This document shows positions 8,741 to 16,647 of a stretch of DNA of 19,317 nt, piece after piece. Made by a program: the position numbers and the translations under genes. The notes under the pieces are model-generated. The model worked only from the letters and a program-made list of their open reading frames with translations. It had not been told where the DNA came from and made no database searches. Every line of letters starts with the position of its first letter. Within the stretch, counting starts at the first letter, position 1. Origin of the DNA: Pseudobdellovibrionaceae bacterium. Lineage in GTDB: Bacteria; Bdellovibrionota; Bdellovibrionia; Bdellovibrionales; Bdellovibrionaceae. Location of the stretch: the NCBI GenBank assembly GCA_041288045.1, contig JBGGMM010000017.1:1-19317 (forward strand), in the 5' to 3' direction.

Positions 8741-9634
8741 CTATAAACAAGGAAAACTTGGGTTTTGCCAGGGGCTTTCCGCCAACTGGAATGTGAAATT
8801 TTCACTCTCAAAATCAAAGGCAAGATCAAAAGCCTGAAGGCCTATTTTCTCATAGGGCGCCAACTGAAGCGCAGATCCATACAGTCTGTCGCCAACAATC
8901 GGAAAGCCAGCTGCTGCGAGCTGAGCGCGGATTTGATGAGTTCTTCCAGTGATCAACTCAATCTCGATTTCGCTGAAATTCGGTGAAAATTTCTTTTGCC
9001 GCAGAATTCGCAAGCGGCATTCGGCCCAACCGCTTTGTGGATTTTTGCAAACAGTTTTCGGTGCTCTCGGAGAGGGTTCCATAAAATGAATCAGCTCGCC
9101 AAGCGGTGGGTTTTCGCCGTGAACCAAGGCCCGGTATAGTTTCCGAATTTCGCTCTTGGCAAGTTTTTGATTGATCTCACTTTGGTTTTTTTTATTTTTC
9201 GCAAAAATGATCAATCCACTTGTGGCCACATCCAAGCGGTGGGTGACATGCACAGTGTGAAGAAGCGTTTGACTGAGAAGCTGCGAAAGATTCTCCTTCA
9301 GATTGTCGACTGTGGCCGGAACGGGTAAGCCAGAGGGTTTATCGAGAATCAAAAAACTCTCATTTTCAAAAACCTTTTGCTCGGGCCATTGAAAAAGCTC
9401 CGTCGGAAAACGCCGCGGATTTTGATGAACGCGAAGATAGGTGTTTCTCTGAATTTGCACATTTTCAAGGCAACGTTTGTGATTCACATAGACTGAACCA
9501 AAGTCGCGCAAAAAGTGCACACGCTCAGGACTGAGGTGCAGTCTTTTTTCGAGGAGCTCATCCAGAAAGCCGGATTCCGAAGAAAGCAAGTGCTCAACTC
9601 CATAATTTTTTCCGCGACCTTCGATTAAACCCAT
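8741..9634 (-). CDS. RluA-family RNA pseudouridine synthase
   Basis: Motifs LDKPSGLPV, HRLDVATSG (catalytic Asp), KLYRALV, TGRTHQIRAQLA and GFPIVGDRLYG; degenerate S4-like N-terminus. Confidence 0.93.
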   Translation of the reverse strand: MGLIEGRGKNYGVEHLLSSESGFLDELLEKRLHLSPERVHFLRDFGSVYVNHKRCLENVQIQRNTYLRVHQNPRRFPTELFQWPEQKVFENESFLILDKPSGLPVPATVDNLKENLSQLLSQTLLHTVHVTHRLDVATSGLIIFAKNKKNQSEINQKLAKSEIRKLYRALVHGENPPLGELIHFMEPSPRAPKTVCKNPQSGWAECRLRILRQKKFSPNFSEIEIELITGRTHQIRAQLAAAGFPIVGDRLYGSALQLAPYEKIGLQAFDLAFDFESENFTFQLAESPWQNPSFPCL

Positions 9635-9701
9635 GAGGATGCAGATAGCACAACGCCCCGAAGGGCGGCAAACTGTAAAAAACCTGGTAGCCTGCTGAGA
9701 T

Positions 9702-10373
9702 ATGCATTTCGCTCATGATCAGGTCTTTCAGACGCTCGCTCAATACGCCTACGAACCTTTGATGGTTTACCTGATTGTTTTCATCATGATGATTGCCAGT
9801 GGCTTTGGTTTTCCACTGCCGGAAGAGGTGCAGATCGTTGCGGTTGGAACTCTGGCGTATATGGGGGCCCACCCTGAACTTTTTCCGCCGCCCTATGCGG
9901 GAGCTCCGGTAATCAACGGGTATCAGGCGGCAGCCTTTGTCTCTTTTTCTGTCATCATTGCTGATAATTTGGTTTTTTGGATTGGCCGCACTGGTGGGCG
10001 AAAGCTCATGCGAATTGAAAGATTTCGAAAAATTTTTGAAAGCAAAGTGATGAGCCGAGTCCATCATTTCGCCCATAAGTACGGGGTTTATGCGGCTTTT
10101 ATTTTTCGCTTCACGCCGGGGCTTCGATTTCCGGCGCATTTGTTTTTGGGAATGAGTCATTTTTCAGCAGTGGCTTTTTTCTTGGTCGATGCGCTGGCGG
10201 TGATCATCAGTGTTCCGACACAGATTCTTTTGATTTATCATTTTGGCGAACCCATTTTCGCCACACTTTATAAAATCAAAACCATTTTAGGAATCGTTCT
10301 CGGGTTGATTCTGATTTACGTCATTGGCCACAAACTGTGGCTTCGTTATAAAAGGTCACCGGCCGCGGATTAA
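9702..10373 (+). CDS. DedA-family membrane protein
   Basis: GFPLPEE...G, 'ADNLVFWIGR' and 'FIFRFTPGLR' motifs; several TM helices. Confidence 0.92.
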   Translation: MHFAHDQVFQTLAQYAYEPLMVYLIVFIMMIASGFGFPLPEEVQIVAVGTLAYMGAHPELFPPPYAGAPVINGYQAAAFVSFSVIIADNLVFWIGRTGGRKLMRIERFRKIFESKVMSRVHHFAHKYGVYAAFIFRFTPGLRFPAHLFLGMSHFSAVAFFLVDALAVIISVPTQILLIYHFGEPIFATLYKIKTILGIVLGLILIYVIGHKLWLRYKRSPAAD

Positions 10374-11410
10374 GCGACTTGGTTGGTTGGATAAAGAGTG
10401 TCCAGCTCCAATTGACAGCTCACAAAGAGATGCGATTGGTTTTGAGCGGGACGCCCCGCCAGATCTGGCCAAAACACTTTTTCATAGCCTTCGAACAAGC
10501 CATAGAGCTCTTCGCGGATACGAAATAAAAGACCGGCATCAGTGCCCAACAGCCAATCCATCTGTACAATGTACAGAGTTTCTTCGAGCTCTTCGATGTT
10601 CATCGAGGAAAGAAAGCTCTTCGGCAGAGATTCCACCAGGCAGTGGCCGTTATGCGAGTAGGTTTGAAAGGTTTTTTCAAGGCTTTCATAAACTTCGGGC
10701 TTCATTCGCTCTTTTTGTTTTTTGAAATTCCAGTAGAGCATAGCATCGTTGGTGACGTATTCGGCCTTCGGCAGATAATCGGTGATCGAATCCACTTTGC
10801 AAGCTTCGTGGGCTGCATCCTGCACATGCGAATTGTAATCCAGAGCCACCAAAGCCCGCAAATTAAACAGCATCGAATGCACATAGTGAAGTTTTTCAAG
10901 CACGGGTTTTGAGAGTTTCAAATTGAAATTGTACAAAAGAGTCTGATCCATCTTTGTTTCCAAATAATCAATAGCTTGGATCAAATGGCAAAGATGTCCC
11001 AGGTCGATTCCCCAGGGGTGAAGGGCCGAATCCAAAGTTTCAGTGAAATTTCTTTCAAAATACTCCACCAGGGGATGTGCAGAGTCCTTCATGTGGTGGC
11101 GAAGGGCGAGCACGCGGGGTTGTGATCTTTCAAACAGCTCGTGATGAGGCTCCAAAGCCAGCCAAGCTTCATGACAGAAGGGGAAATTCATTTTTGGACC
11201 TGAAAAGGGAGATTTGAAATGCGGACTTAAATGAACGGCAGCTAATCCCACCAAAGCATCGGAAAAATAGTGAAAGGGATCCTGAGGGAATGCTTTTTTG
11301 AAATCGTCTTCTTTCCAGAATTCGATTTTTTGCGGCCGCAAAACCGGTCCCGCATTGACTTTGATATCAAAACCCAACCAGACTTGATCCTGAGAGGACT
11401 GCTTTTTCAT
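10370..11410 (-). CDS. Hypothetical cytoplasmic protein (346 aa)
   Basis: Long ORF with GAGGAG RBS; stop overlaps the dedA stop at TTAA 10370-10373; no signal peptide or recognised domain. Confidence 0.75.
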   Translation of the reverse strand: MKKQSSQDQVWLGFDIKVNAGPVLRPQKIEFWKEDDFKKAFPQDPFHYFSDALVGLAAVHLSPHFKSPFSGPKMNFPFCHEAWLALEPHHELFERSQPRVLALRHHMKDSAHPLVEYFERNFTETLDSALHPWGIDLGHLCHLIQAIDYLETKMDQTLLYNFNLKLSKPVLEKLHYVHSMLFNLRALVALDYNSHVQDAAHEACKVDSITDYLPKAEYVTNDAMLYWNFKKQKERMKPEVYESLEKTFQTYSHNGHCLVESLPKSFLSSMNIEELEETLYIVQMDWLLGTDAGLLFRIREELYGLFEGYEKVFWPDLAGRPAQNQSHLFVSCQLELDTLYPTNQVA

Positions 11411-11505
11411 CCCTGACTCCTCGATGACGTCAATATCTTCGACAAGGAATCGGAACTTTTCGGCAGTTCCTCAAGTCGAGATTAGCACTTGAGATCGGAG
11501 CTTTG

Positions 11506-12318
11506 ATGAAGACCTATTCAGATTCCCACAGCCACCTCTCGGACCTTCGTATCGAGTCCGAAGTCGAGTCCATGATCCAAAGAGCGAAATCCCGCGGCAT
11601 CACGAAGTTCCTCCAGGGCGGGGTCGGACCTGAGGACTGGGAAAGACAAAGAGCTCTCAAAGCCAAGCATCCGGAAATCCGCTTGTGTTTCGGCCTTCAC
11701 CCTTACTGGATCGCTGATCATTCCGATGAAGAATGCGAGCAAGCTCTCAATCGATTGGCTCGAGAAATTGGACAGGCTGAGGCTCTGGGGGAGCTGGGTT
11801 TGGATCTTCGGCCACATATTCTCAAGGATTCAATGGATCGGCAGCTTGAATTTTTTCAAGCTCAACTGGAGTTGGCAGAAGTGGCGGGAAAGCCTGTGGT
11901 CCTTCATTTGGTTCGAGCTTTTCATGAGGCTGAAAAAATTTTTGATCTTTGGGGCGTGCCTCCAAGAGCTGGAATGGTTCATTCTTTTAATGGCTCAAGG
12001 ACAGAAGCTGAAAGTTATTTGAAGCGGGGATTCTTTCTGTCGATTGGTGGGCCCGTCGTGCGACCTGACAATTTGAAATTGCACCAAGCCGTGCAAATAA
12101 TCCCACTTGAAAAATTGTTAGTTGAAACAGACAGCCCGGATCAGCCTCCACCAGGTTGGCAAGGAGGCTGGAACGAGCCCGTCAGCCTCTGGGATGTGGC
12201 TGAAAAAATCGCTGAGCTGAAGAAGCTGACGGCCGAGGAAGTCCTTGACATCTCTAGCCAAAATCTAGAGAAAATGCTCACCTATGCAGACAAACGCCAA
12301 TCCCAATTTCAATTCTGA
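11506..12318 (+). CDS. TatD-family metal-dependent hydrolase/DNase
   Basis: Motifs DSHSH, GLHPYW, GELGLD, VLHLVRA, HSFNG and ETDSPD; GGAG RBS before ATG 11506. Confidence 0.93.
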   Translation: MKTYSDSHSHLSDLRIESEVESMIQRAKSRGITKFLQGGVGPEDWERQRALKAKHPEIRLCFGLHPYWIADHSDEECEQALNRLAREIGQAEALGELGLDLRPHILKDSMDRQLEFFQAQLELAEVAGKPVVLHLVRAFHEAEKIFDLWGVPPRAGMVHSFNGSRTEAESYLKRGFFLSIGGPVVRPDNLKLHQAVQIIPLEKLLVETDSPDQPPPGWQGGWNEPVSLWDVAEKIAELKKLTAEEVLDISSQNLEKMLTYADKRQSQFQF

Positions 12319-13177
12319 AACGCAACAGCCCCAAGAAAATAAGTACGTCATGCACCGACGATTTGATCGCATGGGTCGTCTCGTCGGGGATGCGGCGATG
12401 GAAAAACTTTTCCGCACGCATGTGATGATCATTGGGCTTGGCGGAGTGGGCTCTTGGGCCGCCGAGAGTTTGGCCAGATCCGGAGTGGGCCGTTTGACGG
12501 TGGTGGATTTTGACGAGATCTGCATCACCAACGCCAACCGGCAGCTGCATGCCCTGCAAGGCCTGGTTGGCAAAAAGAAAGCTCTGATCATGGCGGAAAG
12601 GCTTCGCAAGATCAATCCGCAAGCGACAGTCCAAGAGCAGGTGCTTTTTTATAATGAGCAGAATTCGCCCCAGATTCTTTCTGACAAACCCGATTTTGTC
12701 ATCGATGCGATTGATAATCTGACTGCGAAGGCCCATTTGCTGGCCACTTGCCGCGAGCTTCAAATCCCGGTGATCACATCGGCGGGAGCAGCGGCCAGAC
12801 TGGATCCGCTGTCTGTGAAGCTGAAAGATTTGGCAGAGACGCACTCAGATCCTCTGGCTCATCAGATGCGAAAAATTCTGAGGCAAAGACATGGATTTCC
12901 GCGCGAGGGTGCTTTTGGAATTCCTTGCGTGTTTTCAGATGAAGTGCCCATGATGCCCGAAGAGCTGCACTACGATAACGGAGAGGGTTTTCAATGCGTT
13001 TGTCCGCAGGGACAGAATGATTTGCATTCTTGTGACAAGCGCCGCATGATTTACGGGACTGCCAGTTTTGTGACCGGGAATTTTGGTTTGGTGATGGCCT
13101 CTTGGGTTGTTCGCCAAGCTCTGGCTTCGCATTTGAAAATGAAAAACATTCCAGCAGATGCGGAGCAATTGCCATGA
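12284..13177 (+). CDS. tcdA: tRNA threonylcarbamoyladenosine dehydratase-like ThiF/E1-family protein
   Basis: RRFDRMGRLVG, IIGLGGVGSWAAESLARSGVG, DFDEICITNANRQLHA, IDAID, SAGAA-x-RLDP, DPLA, VFSDE, GTASFVTG. Overlaps tatD by 35 nt; a downstream start at MHRRF is possible. Confidence 0.88.
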   Translation: MQTNANPNFNSETQQPQENKYVMHRRFDRMGRLVGDAAMEKLFRTHVMIIGLGGVGSWAAESLARSGVGRLTVVDFDEICITNANRQLHALQGLVGKKKALIMAERLRKINPQATVQEQVLFYNEQNSPQILSDKPDFVIDAIDNLTAKAHLLATCRELQIPVITSAGAAARLDPLSVKLKDLAETHSDPLAHQMRKILRQRHGFPREGAFGIPCVFSDEVPMMPEELHYDNGEGFQCVCPQGQNDLHSCDKRRMIYGTASFVTGNFGLVMASWVVRQALASHLKMKNIPADAEQLP

Positions 13178-13329
13178 GCTTGATTCTTTTTTTTGGACTT
13201 TCCGCTTTGATTCTCGCTGTCGGACTGATTTTTTCAGTTCTCGTCGTTCGCCATCATTGGCAAAGATCGCGGACTTTCAAATCTTTTTCTGATCCCTCGG
13301 TACCAAAAGACGAGGAGTTGACTCGCTGA
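13174..13329 (+). CDS. Small single-pass membrane protein (51 aa)
   Basis: ATGA overlap with the tcdA stop, GGAG RBS at 13162-13165, hydrophobic stretch LILFFGLSALILAVGLIFSVLVV followed by a charged tail. Confidence 0.6.
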   Translation: MSLILFFGLSALILAVGLIFSVLVVRHHWQRSRTFKSFSDPSVPKDEELTR

Positions 13330-13349
13330 AGTCCTGTCGAGAGACAGAG

Positions 13350-13377
13350 TTGCTTTTCAATCTCATCCGCGTATGAT
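13350..13377 (+). promoter_or_regulatory. Candidate sigma70 promoter for the methyltransferase gene
   Basis: TTGCTT (13350-13355), 16-nt spacer, TATGAT (13372-13377); overlapped by inverted repeat TCAATC...GATTGA. Confidence 0.4.
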
Positions 13378-13384
13378 TGAGGTC

Positions 13385-14458
13385 ATGGATGTGTTGAAGC
13401 CTCTGAACCGCTTGCCAAAGTCCGTATTAGAAAAAGGGATTTTGGGATTTGAAATGGCAAGGTCCCTGACCTTTTTATCGCAAAATCTCTTGCTGCTGGC
13501 GCTGAATGAAAAAGCCCGAGCACAAAAGCCCGAGTTCGGTCCGCAAATCCGACAGATTCTCAAAGATCTGACGACGCTTTTAAAAAAAGATGCCGAAAAT
13601 ATTGTCAAAGGCGTTTATCCTCCTGAAGTCCTCAAGACGGAATCTTTCAAAGATTTTTTCTTTCGCACTCCGCAGATTCTGTTTGATTCCTTTTCAGTGA
13701 CCAAGCGGCGGATTGAGCACCAATCCAAAGATTTTAGTTCTGAGGCCGCCGAGTATTTGCGAGATGTGCCGGATTATTTTCAGCGCAACTATCACTTTCA
13801 GACTGGCGGCTATCTCACTGAAAAGAGTGCGAATCTCTATGAGCACCAAGTGGAAATTTTGTTCTCAGGGGCGGCCGATGCCATGAGGCGCTTGATCCTG
13901 CCACAACTGAAGGCTCATTTTCCCTACACGGAGGGCGATGGCCTGCATTTTCTCGAAGTGGCGGCTGGAACCGGCAGGCTCACTCGGTTTGTGAAGCTGG
14001 CTTTTCCTAAGGCCAAAATCACAGTGATGGATCTTTCCCATCCCTACTTGAAAAAAGCTCAAGAGAACTTGGGCGAATTTCGCAAAATTGATTTCGTGCA
14101 AGGGGATTCGGCGGCTTTGCCCTTTCGGGATGAGCAGTTTGATGCGGTCTTTTCTTGCTTTCTATTTCATGAGATCCCGCTGGAAGAAAGACGAAAGACC
14201 GTGGCCGAGGGCCTCAGGGTTCTCAAAGACGGTGGTTTTTATGGTTTTGTCGATTCCATTCAACTGGAAGATCGAAAAGATTTTGAATGGGCTCTTCGTC
14301 AGTTCCCGGTGGATTTTCACGAGCCTTTTTACAAAAATTACATCCAAAATTCCATGGAAGGCATTTTGAAAAATGCCGGTCTTCAGGATGTGAAGACCGA
14401 TGTGGGATTTTTCTCAAAAGCTGTGGGTGGAAAGAAAACTACTTTCGGCGGACAGTAA
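13385..14458 (+). CDS. Class I SAM-dependent methyltransferase (UbiE/COQ5-like fold)
   Basis: Motif I LEVAAGTGRLT, MDLS, LPFRDEQFDAV, FLFHE; conserved-looking N-terminal block YHFQTGGYL...YEHQVEILF-x-G-x-ADAMRR. Start uncertain (13373, 13385 or GTG 13391). Confidence 0.88.
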   Translation: MDVLKPLNRLPKSVLEKGILGFEMARSLTFLSQNLLLLALNEKARAQKPEFGPQIRQILKDLTTLLKKDAENIVKGVYPPEVLKTESFKDFFFRTPQILFDSFSVTKRRIEHQSKDFSSEAAEYLRDVPDYFQRNYHFQTGGYLTEKSANLYEHQVEILFSGAADAMRRLILPQLKAHFPYTEGDGLHFLEVAAGTGRLTRFVKLAFPKAKITVMDLSHPYLKKAQENLGEFRKIDFVQGDSAALPFRDEQFDAVFSCFLFHEIPLEERRKTVAEGLRVLKDGGFYGFVDSIQLEDRKDFEWALRQFPVDFHEPFYKNYIQNSMEGILKNAGLQDVKTDVGFFSKAVGGKKTTFGGQ

Positions 14459-14801
14459 CTGTCATGCCATAATCAGCGACTTCGGCGCTTTGATCCAGAA
14501 AAACCATAACTTCGGGTTTGCCAACGATTGTCTCTTTGCCGTTTTGAATGTCTTTGATCACATAGCTTAAAAGAACGGTATCGGCATCAACTGGTTCCGC
14601 TTTGATATGCAGAGAAGTGCCATTTTTTGATTGGCTATCGGTTGCCGTGATTTCGCCAGATTTATTGGCATTCAAGTTCATCTGCATGGTTTCTGTTTTG
14701 CCTGCTTTTTTCACCACAGTTTCGATATTATAGGTCATAGGAGCTGCTGCGAAAGCGGTCGCAGCGACTAAAAACAAAGCTGAAAATCCAAGTTTTCTCA
14801 T
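14439..14801 (-). CDS. Small secreted beta-rich hypothetical protein (120 aa)
   Basis: ATG 14801 with AAGGA RBS; signal peptide MRKLGFSALFLVAATAFA. The longer ORF-track start at 15026 overlaps the divergent gene. Confidence 0.75.
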   Translation of the reverse strand: MRKLGFSALFLVAATAFAAAPMTYNIETVVKKAGKTETMQMNLNANKSGEITATDSQSKNGTSLHIKAEPVDADTVLLSYVIKDIQNGKETIVGKPEVMVFLDQSAEVADYGMTVTVRRK

Positions 14802-14826
14802 TGCGGAATCCTTTCCGTTTTCTTTC

Positions 14827-14856
14827 AGCATAGAGAGCGGTGATTGAGGGATACAA
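14827..14856 (-). promoter_or_regulatory. Candidate sigma70 promoter for the 14801 gene
   Basis: Minus strand reads TTGTAT, 18-nt spacer, TATGCT, ending 25 nt upstream of the ATG. Confidence 0.35.
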
Positions 14857-14997
14857 GCGGCATGATAAAATTCTTGCAAATTGAGCAACGAGTCATTAAC
14901 TTCGTGGATCTTTGCAAATGCCATAGACGAGGCTCTCGTCTGCTTTTCAGCCGCTGCTTTTATTGAACAAACAGCGGATTTATGAGGGACAAAAGAA

Positions 14998-15981
14998 ATG
15001 ACAACAACCAACGGTGCCATTTCCAATTTTATTGATCACCACTATCGCCACTTCAATGCGGCGGCCATGAAAGATGCGGCTCAAGCTTATAAAAAGCATC
15101 TGGATGGCGGTGGAAAAATGCTCGTGACTCTGGCTGGAGCGATGAGCTCAGCAGAACTCGGCCTTTCTCTGGCAGAGATGATCCGTCAGGATAAAGTGCA
15201 TGCGATTTCTTGCACAGGTGCGAATCTCGAAGAAGATGTTTACAACTTGGTGGCTCACTCTCACTACGTGCGAATTCCGAATTATCGGGATCTGACTCCT
15301 GAAGATGAGCAGAAACTTTTGGATAAGCACTTGAACCGAGTGACGGACACTTGCATTCCTGAAGAAGAAGCCATCCGCCGGATTGAAAAAGCGATTCTGG
15401 ATGTTTGGTCGGAAGCCGATCAAAAGGGTGAGAGCTATCTGCCTCACGAGTACTTCTACAAAATTCTGCTCAATGGCTCTTTGAAAAAGTACTACGAAAT
15501 TGATCCGAAGAATTCTTGGCTTTTGGCAGCTGCTGAAAAGAATCTGCCGATGGTTGTGCCTGGGTGGGAAGATTCGACCACAGGAAATATTTTTGCTGGT
15601 CACTTGATCAAAGGGGATATCAAAAAGGCCACCACGATGAAATCCGGCATTCAGTACATGACCTCTTGGGCCGAGTGGTACATGTCAGCGAGCAAAAAAG
15701 CGGATATTGGATTTTTCCAAATCGGCGGCGGGATTGCCGGTGATTTTCCGATCTGCGTGGTTCCGATGCTTCACCAGGATTTGGGTTACACGGATGTGAA
15801 GTGCTGGAAGTACTTCTGCCAGATCTCAGATTCGACGACGTCTTTTGGTTCTTACTCGGGCGCTGTTCCCAATGAGAAAATCACTTGGGGCAAGCTGGAA
15901 GTGGACACTCCGAAATTCATCGTTGAATCCGATGCGACCATCGTGGCACCATTGATGTTCGCTTATATTCTGGGTTGGTAA
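14998..15981 (+). CDS. Deoxyhypusine synthase-like protein (bacterial; possibly polyamine/homospermidine synthesis)
   Basis: TLAGAMS, SCTGANLEED, NRVTD, IGGGIAGDF, GSYSGAVPNEKITWGK (matches the DHS active-site SGA-x-P-x-E-x-x-(S/T)WGK with Lys retained), SDATIVAPL. Confidence 0.92.
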   Translation: MTTTNGAISNFIDHHYRHFNAAAMKDAAQAYKKHLDGGGKMLVTLAGAMSSAELGLSLAEMIRQDKVHAISCTGANLEEDVYNLVAHSHYVRIPNYRDLTPEDEQKLLDKHLNRVTDTCIPEEEAIRRIEKAILDVWSEADQKGESYLPHEYFYKILLNGSLKKYYEIDPKNSWLLAAAEKNLPMVVPGWEDSTTGNIFAGHLIKGDIKKATTMKSGIQYMTSWAEWYMSASKKADIGFFQIGGGIAGDFPICVVPMLHQDLGYTDVKCWKYFCQISDSTTSFGSYSGAVPNEKITWGKLEVDTPKFIVESDATIVAPLMFAYILGW

Positions 15982-16008
15982 TTTCTCGAAAAACGCGGAG
16001 GCTGAGTC

Positions 16009-16416
16009 ATGGTTGAAATGTTGGGTGTGTATCAAGGTGAAAAGCACTGCGAACTCAGTCACGGTCCTTCAGGGACAAAAATTTCAACTGATGCGCCAAA
16101 GGACAATGCCGGTCGGGGAGAAGCCTTCTCTCCGACAGATTTGGTCGGCGCCGCTCTGGCCTCTTGCATTCTCACCACCATGGCCATCGTCGCCGAAAGA
16201 GATGGCCGCGATCTCAAAGGCGCTCATTTCAAAGTCACAAAGGAAATGGCAGCCAACCCCCGCAAAATCCAAAAGCTCACAGTGGCCCTGCACTTACCGG
16301 CTGCTTTTGAAGCTGAATACCGCAAAAAGATGGAGCACATCGCTCTGACCTGCCCTGTGCATCGCAGTCTGCACCCGGATGTGGAGCTGCCGATTAGTTT
16401 TCACTGGGTGCTTTAG
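16009..16416 (+). CDS. OsmC/Ohr-family protein (YhfA-like)
   Basis: TDAP...G-x-G...SPTDLV-x-AALASC and TCPVH-x-SL with the two conserved Cys; GGAGG RBS. Confidence 0.92.
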   Translation: MVEMLGVYQGEKHCELSHGPSGTKISTDAPKDNAGRGEAFSPTDLVGAALASCILTTMAIVAERDGRDLKGAHFKVTKEMAANPRKIQKLTVALHLPAAFEAEYRKKMEHIALTCPVHRSLHPDVELPISFHWVL

Positions 16417-16466
16417 GTTCGATTATTTTTCAATAAATCGGAATGGGCTGAGCGTCTTGGTTGCCG

Positions 16467-16495
16467 TTCTATGGCGCAGCGTTTTCTGAACATTC
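16467..16495 (+). repeat. Intergenic motif A, copy 1
   Basis: TTCTATGGCGCAGCGTTTTCTGAACATTC; 24/29 identical to 17245-17273. Confidence 0.6.
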
Positions 16496-16571
16496 TCTGG
16501 AATCAAAAGATGGACTTTTCCAGCACTTGCAAGGGTCTAATGACCAACCAGAACTAAACACTGAAGGTCTG

Positions 16572-16590
16572 TCCGTGAGGACTCTGAATG
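16572..16590 (+). repeat. Intergenic motif B, copy 1
   Basis: TCCGTGAGGACTCTGAATG; 17/19 identical to 17161-17179. Confidence 0.6.
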
Positions 16591-16647
16591 CAAGGGCTGC
16601 TCGAAAAGAAAGTTCTTTTTTTTACAATTGTGAATTTTCCGGTCGCG

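Noticed and set aside
9594..10160. 188-aa minus-strand ORF, and similar antisense ORFs at 12278-12844 and 6362-6856
   Set aside because: These lie opposite well-supported genes (dedA, tcdA, the secreted protein) and show no independent coding signals.
11482..11508. TTAGCACTT resembling a CIRCE (HrcA) left arm
   Set aside because: No GAGTGCTAA right arm at the 9-nt spacing, and no chaperone gene follows.
11506..14458. TatD + ThiF + methyltransferase as an anti-phage system (Qat- or CBASS-E1-like)
   Set aside because: No QueC, ATPase, E2/JAB or cyclase partner; the ThiF protein carries TcdA-type motifs and the context looks like housekeeping.
14802..15026. N-terminal extension of the 195-aa ORF
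   Set aside because: Overlaps the start of the DHS-like gene; RBS, promoter candidate and signal peptide all point to ATG 14801.
16604..16623. AAAAGAA-AG-TTCTTTT followed by a T run as an intrinsic terminator
   Set aside because: The stem is almost all A-T with a 2-nt loop, too weak to call.
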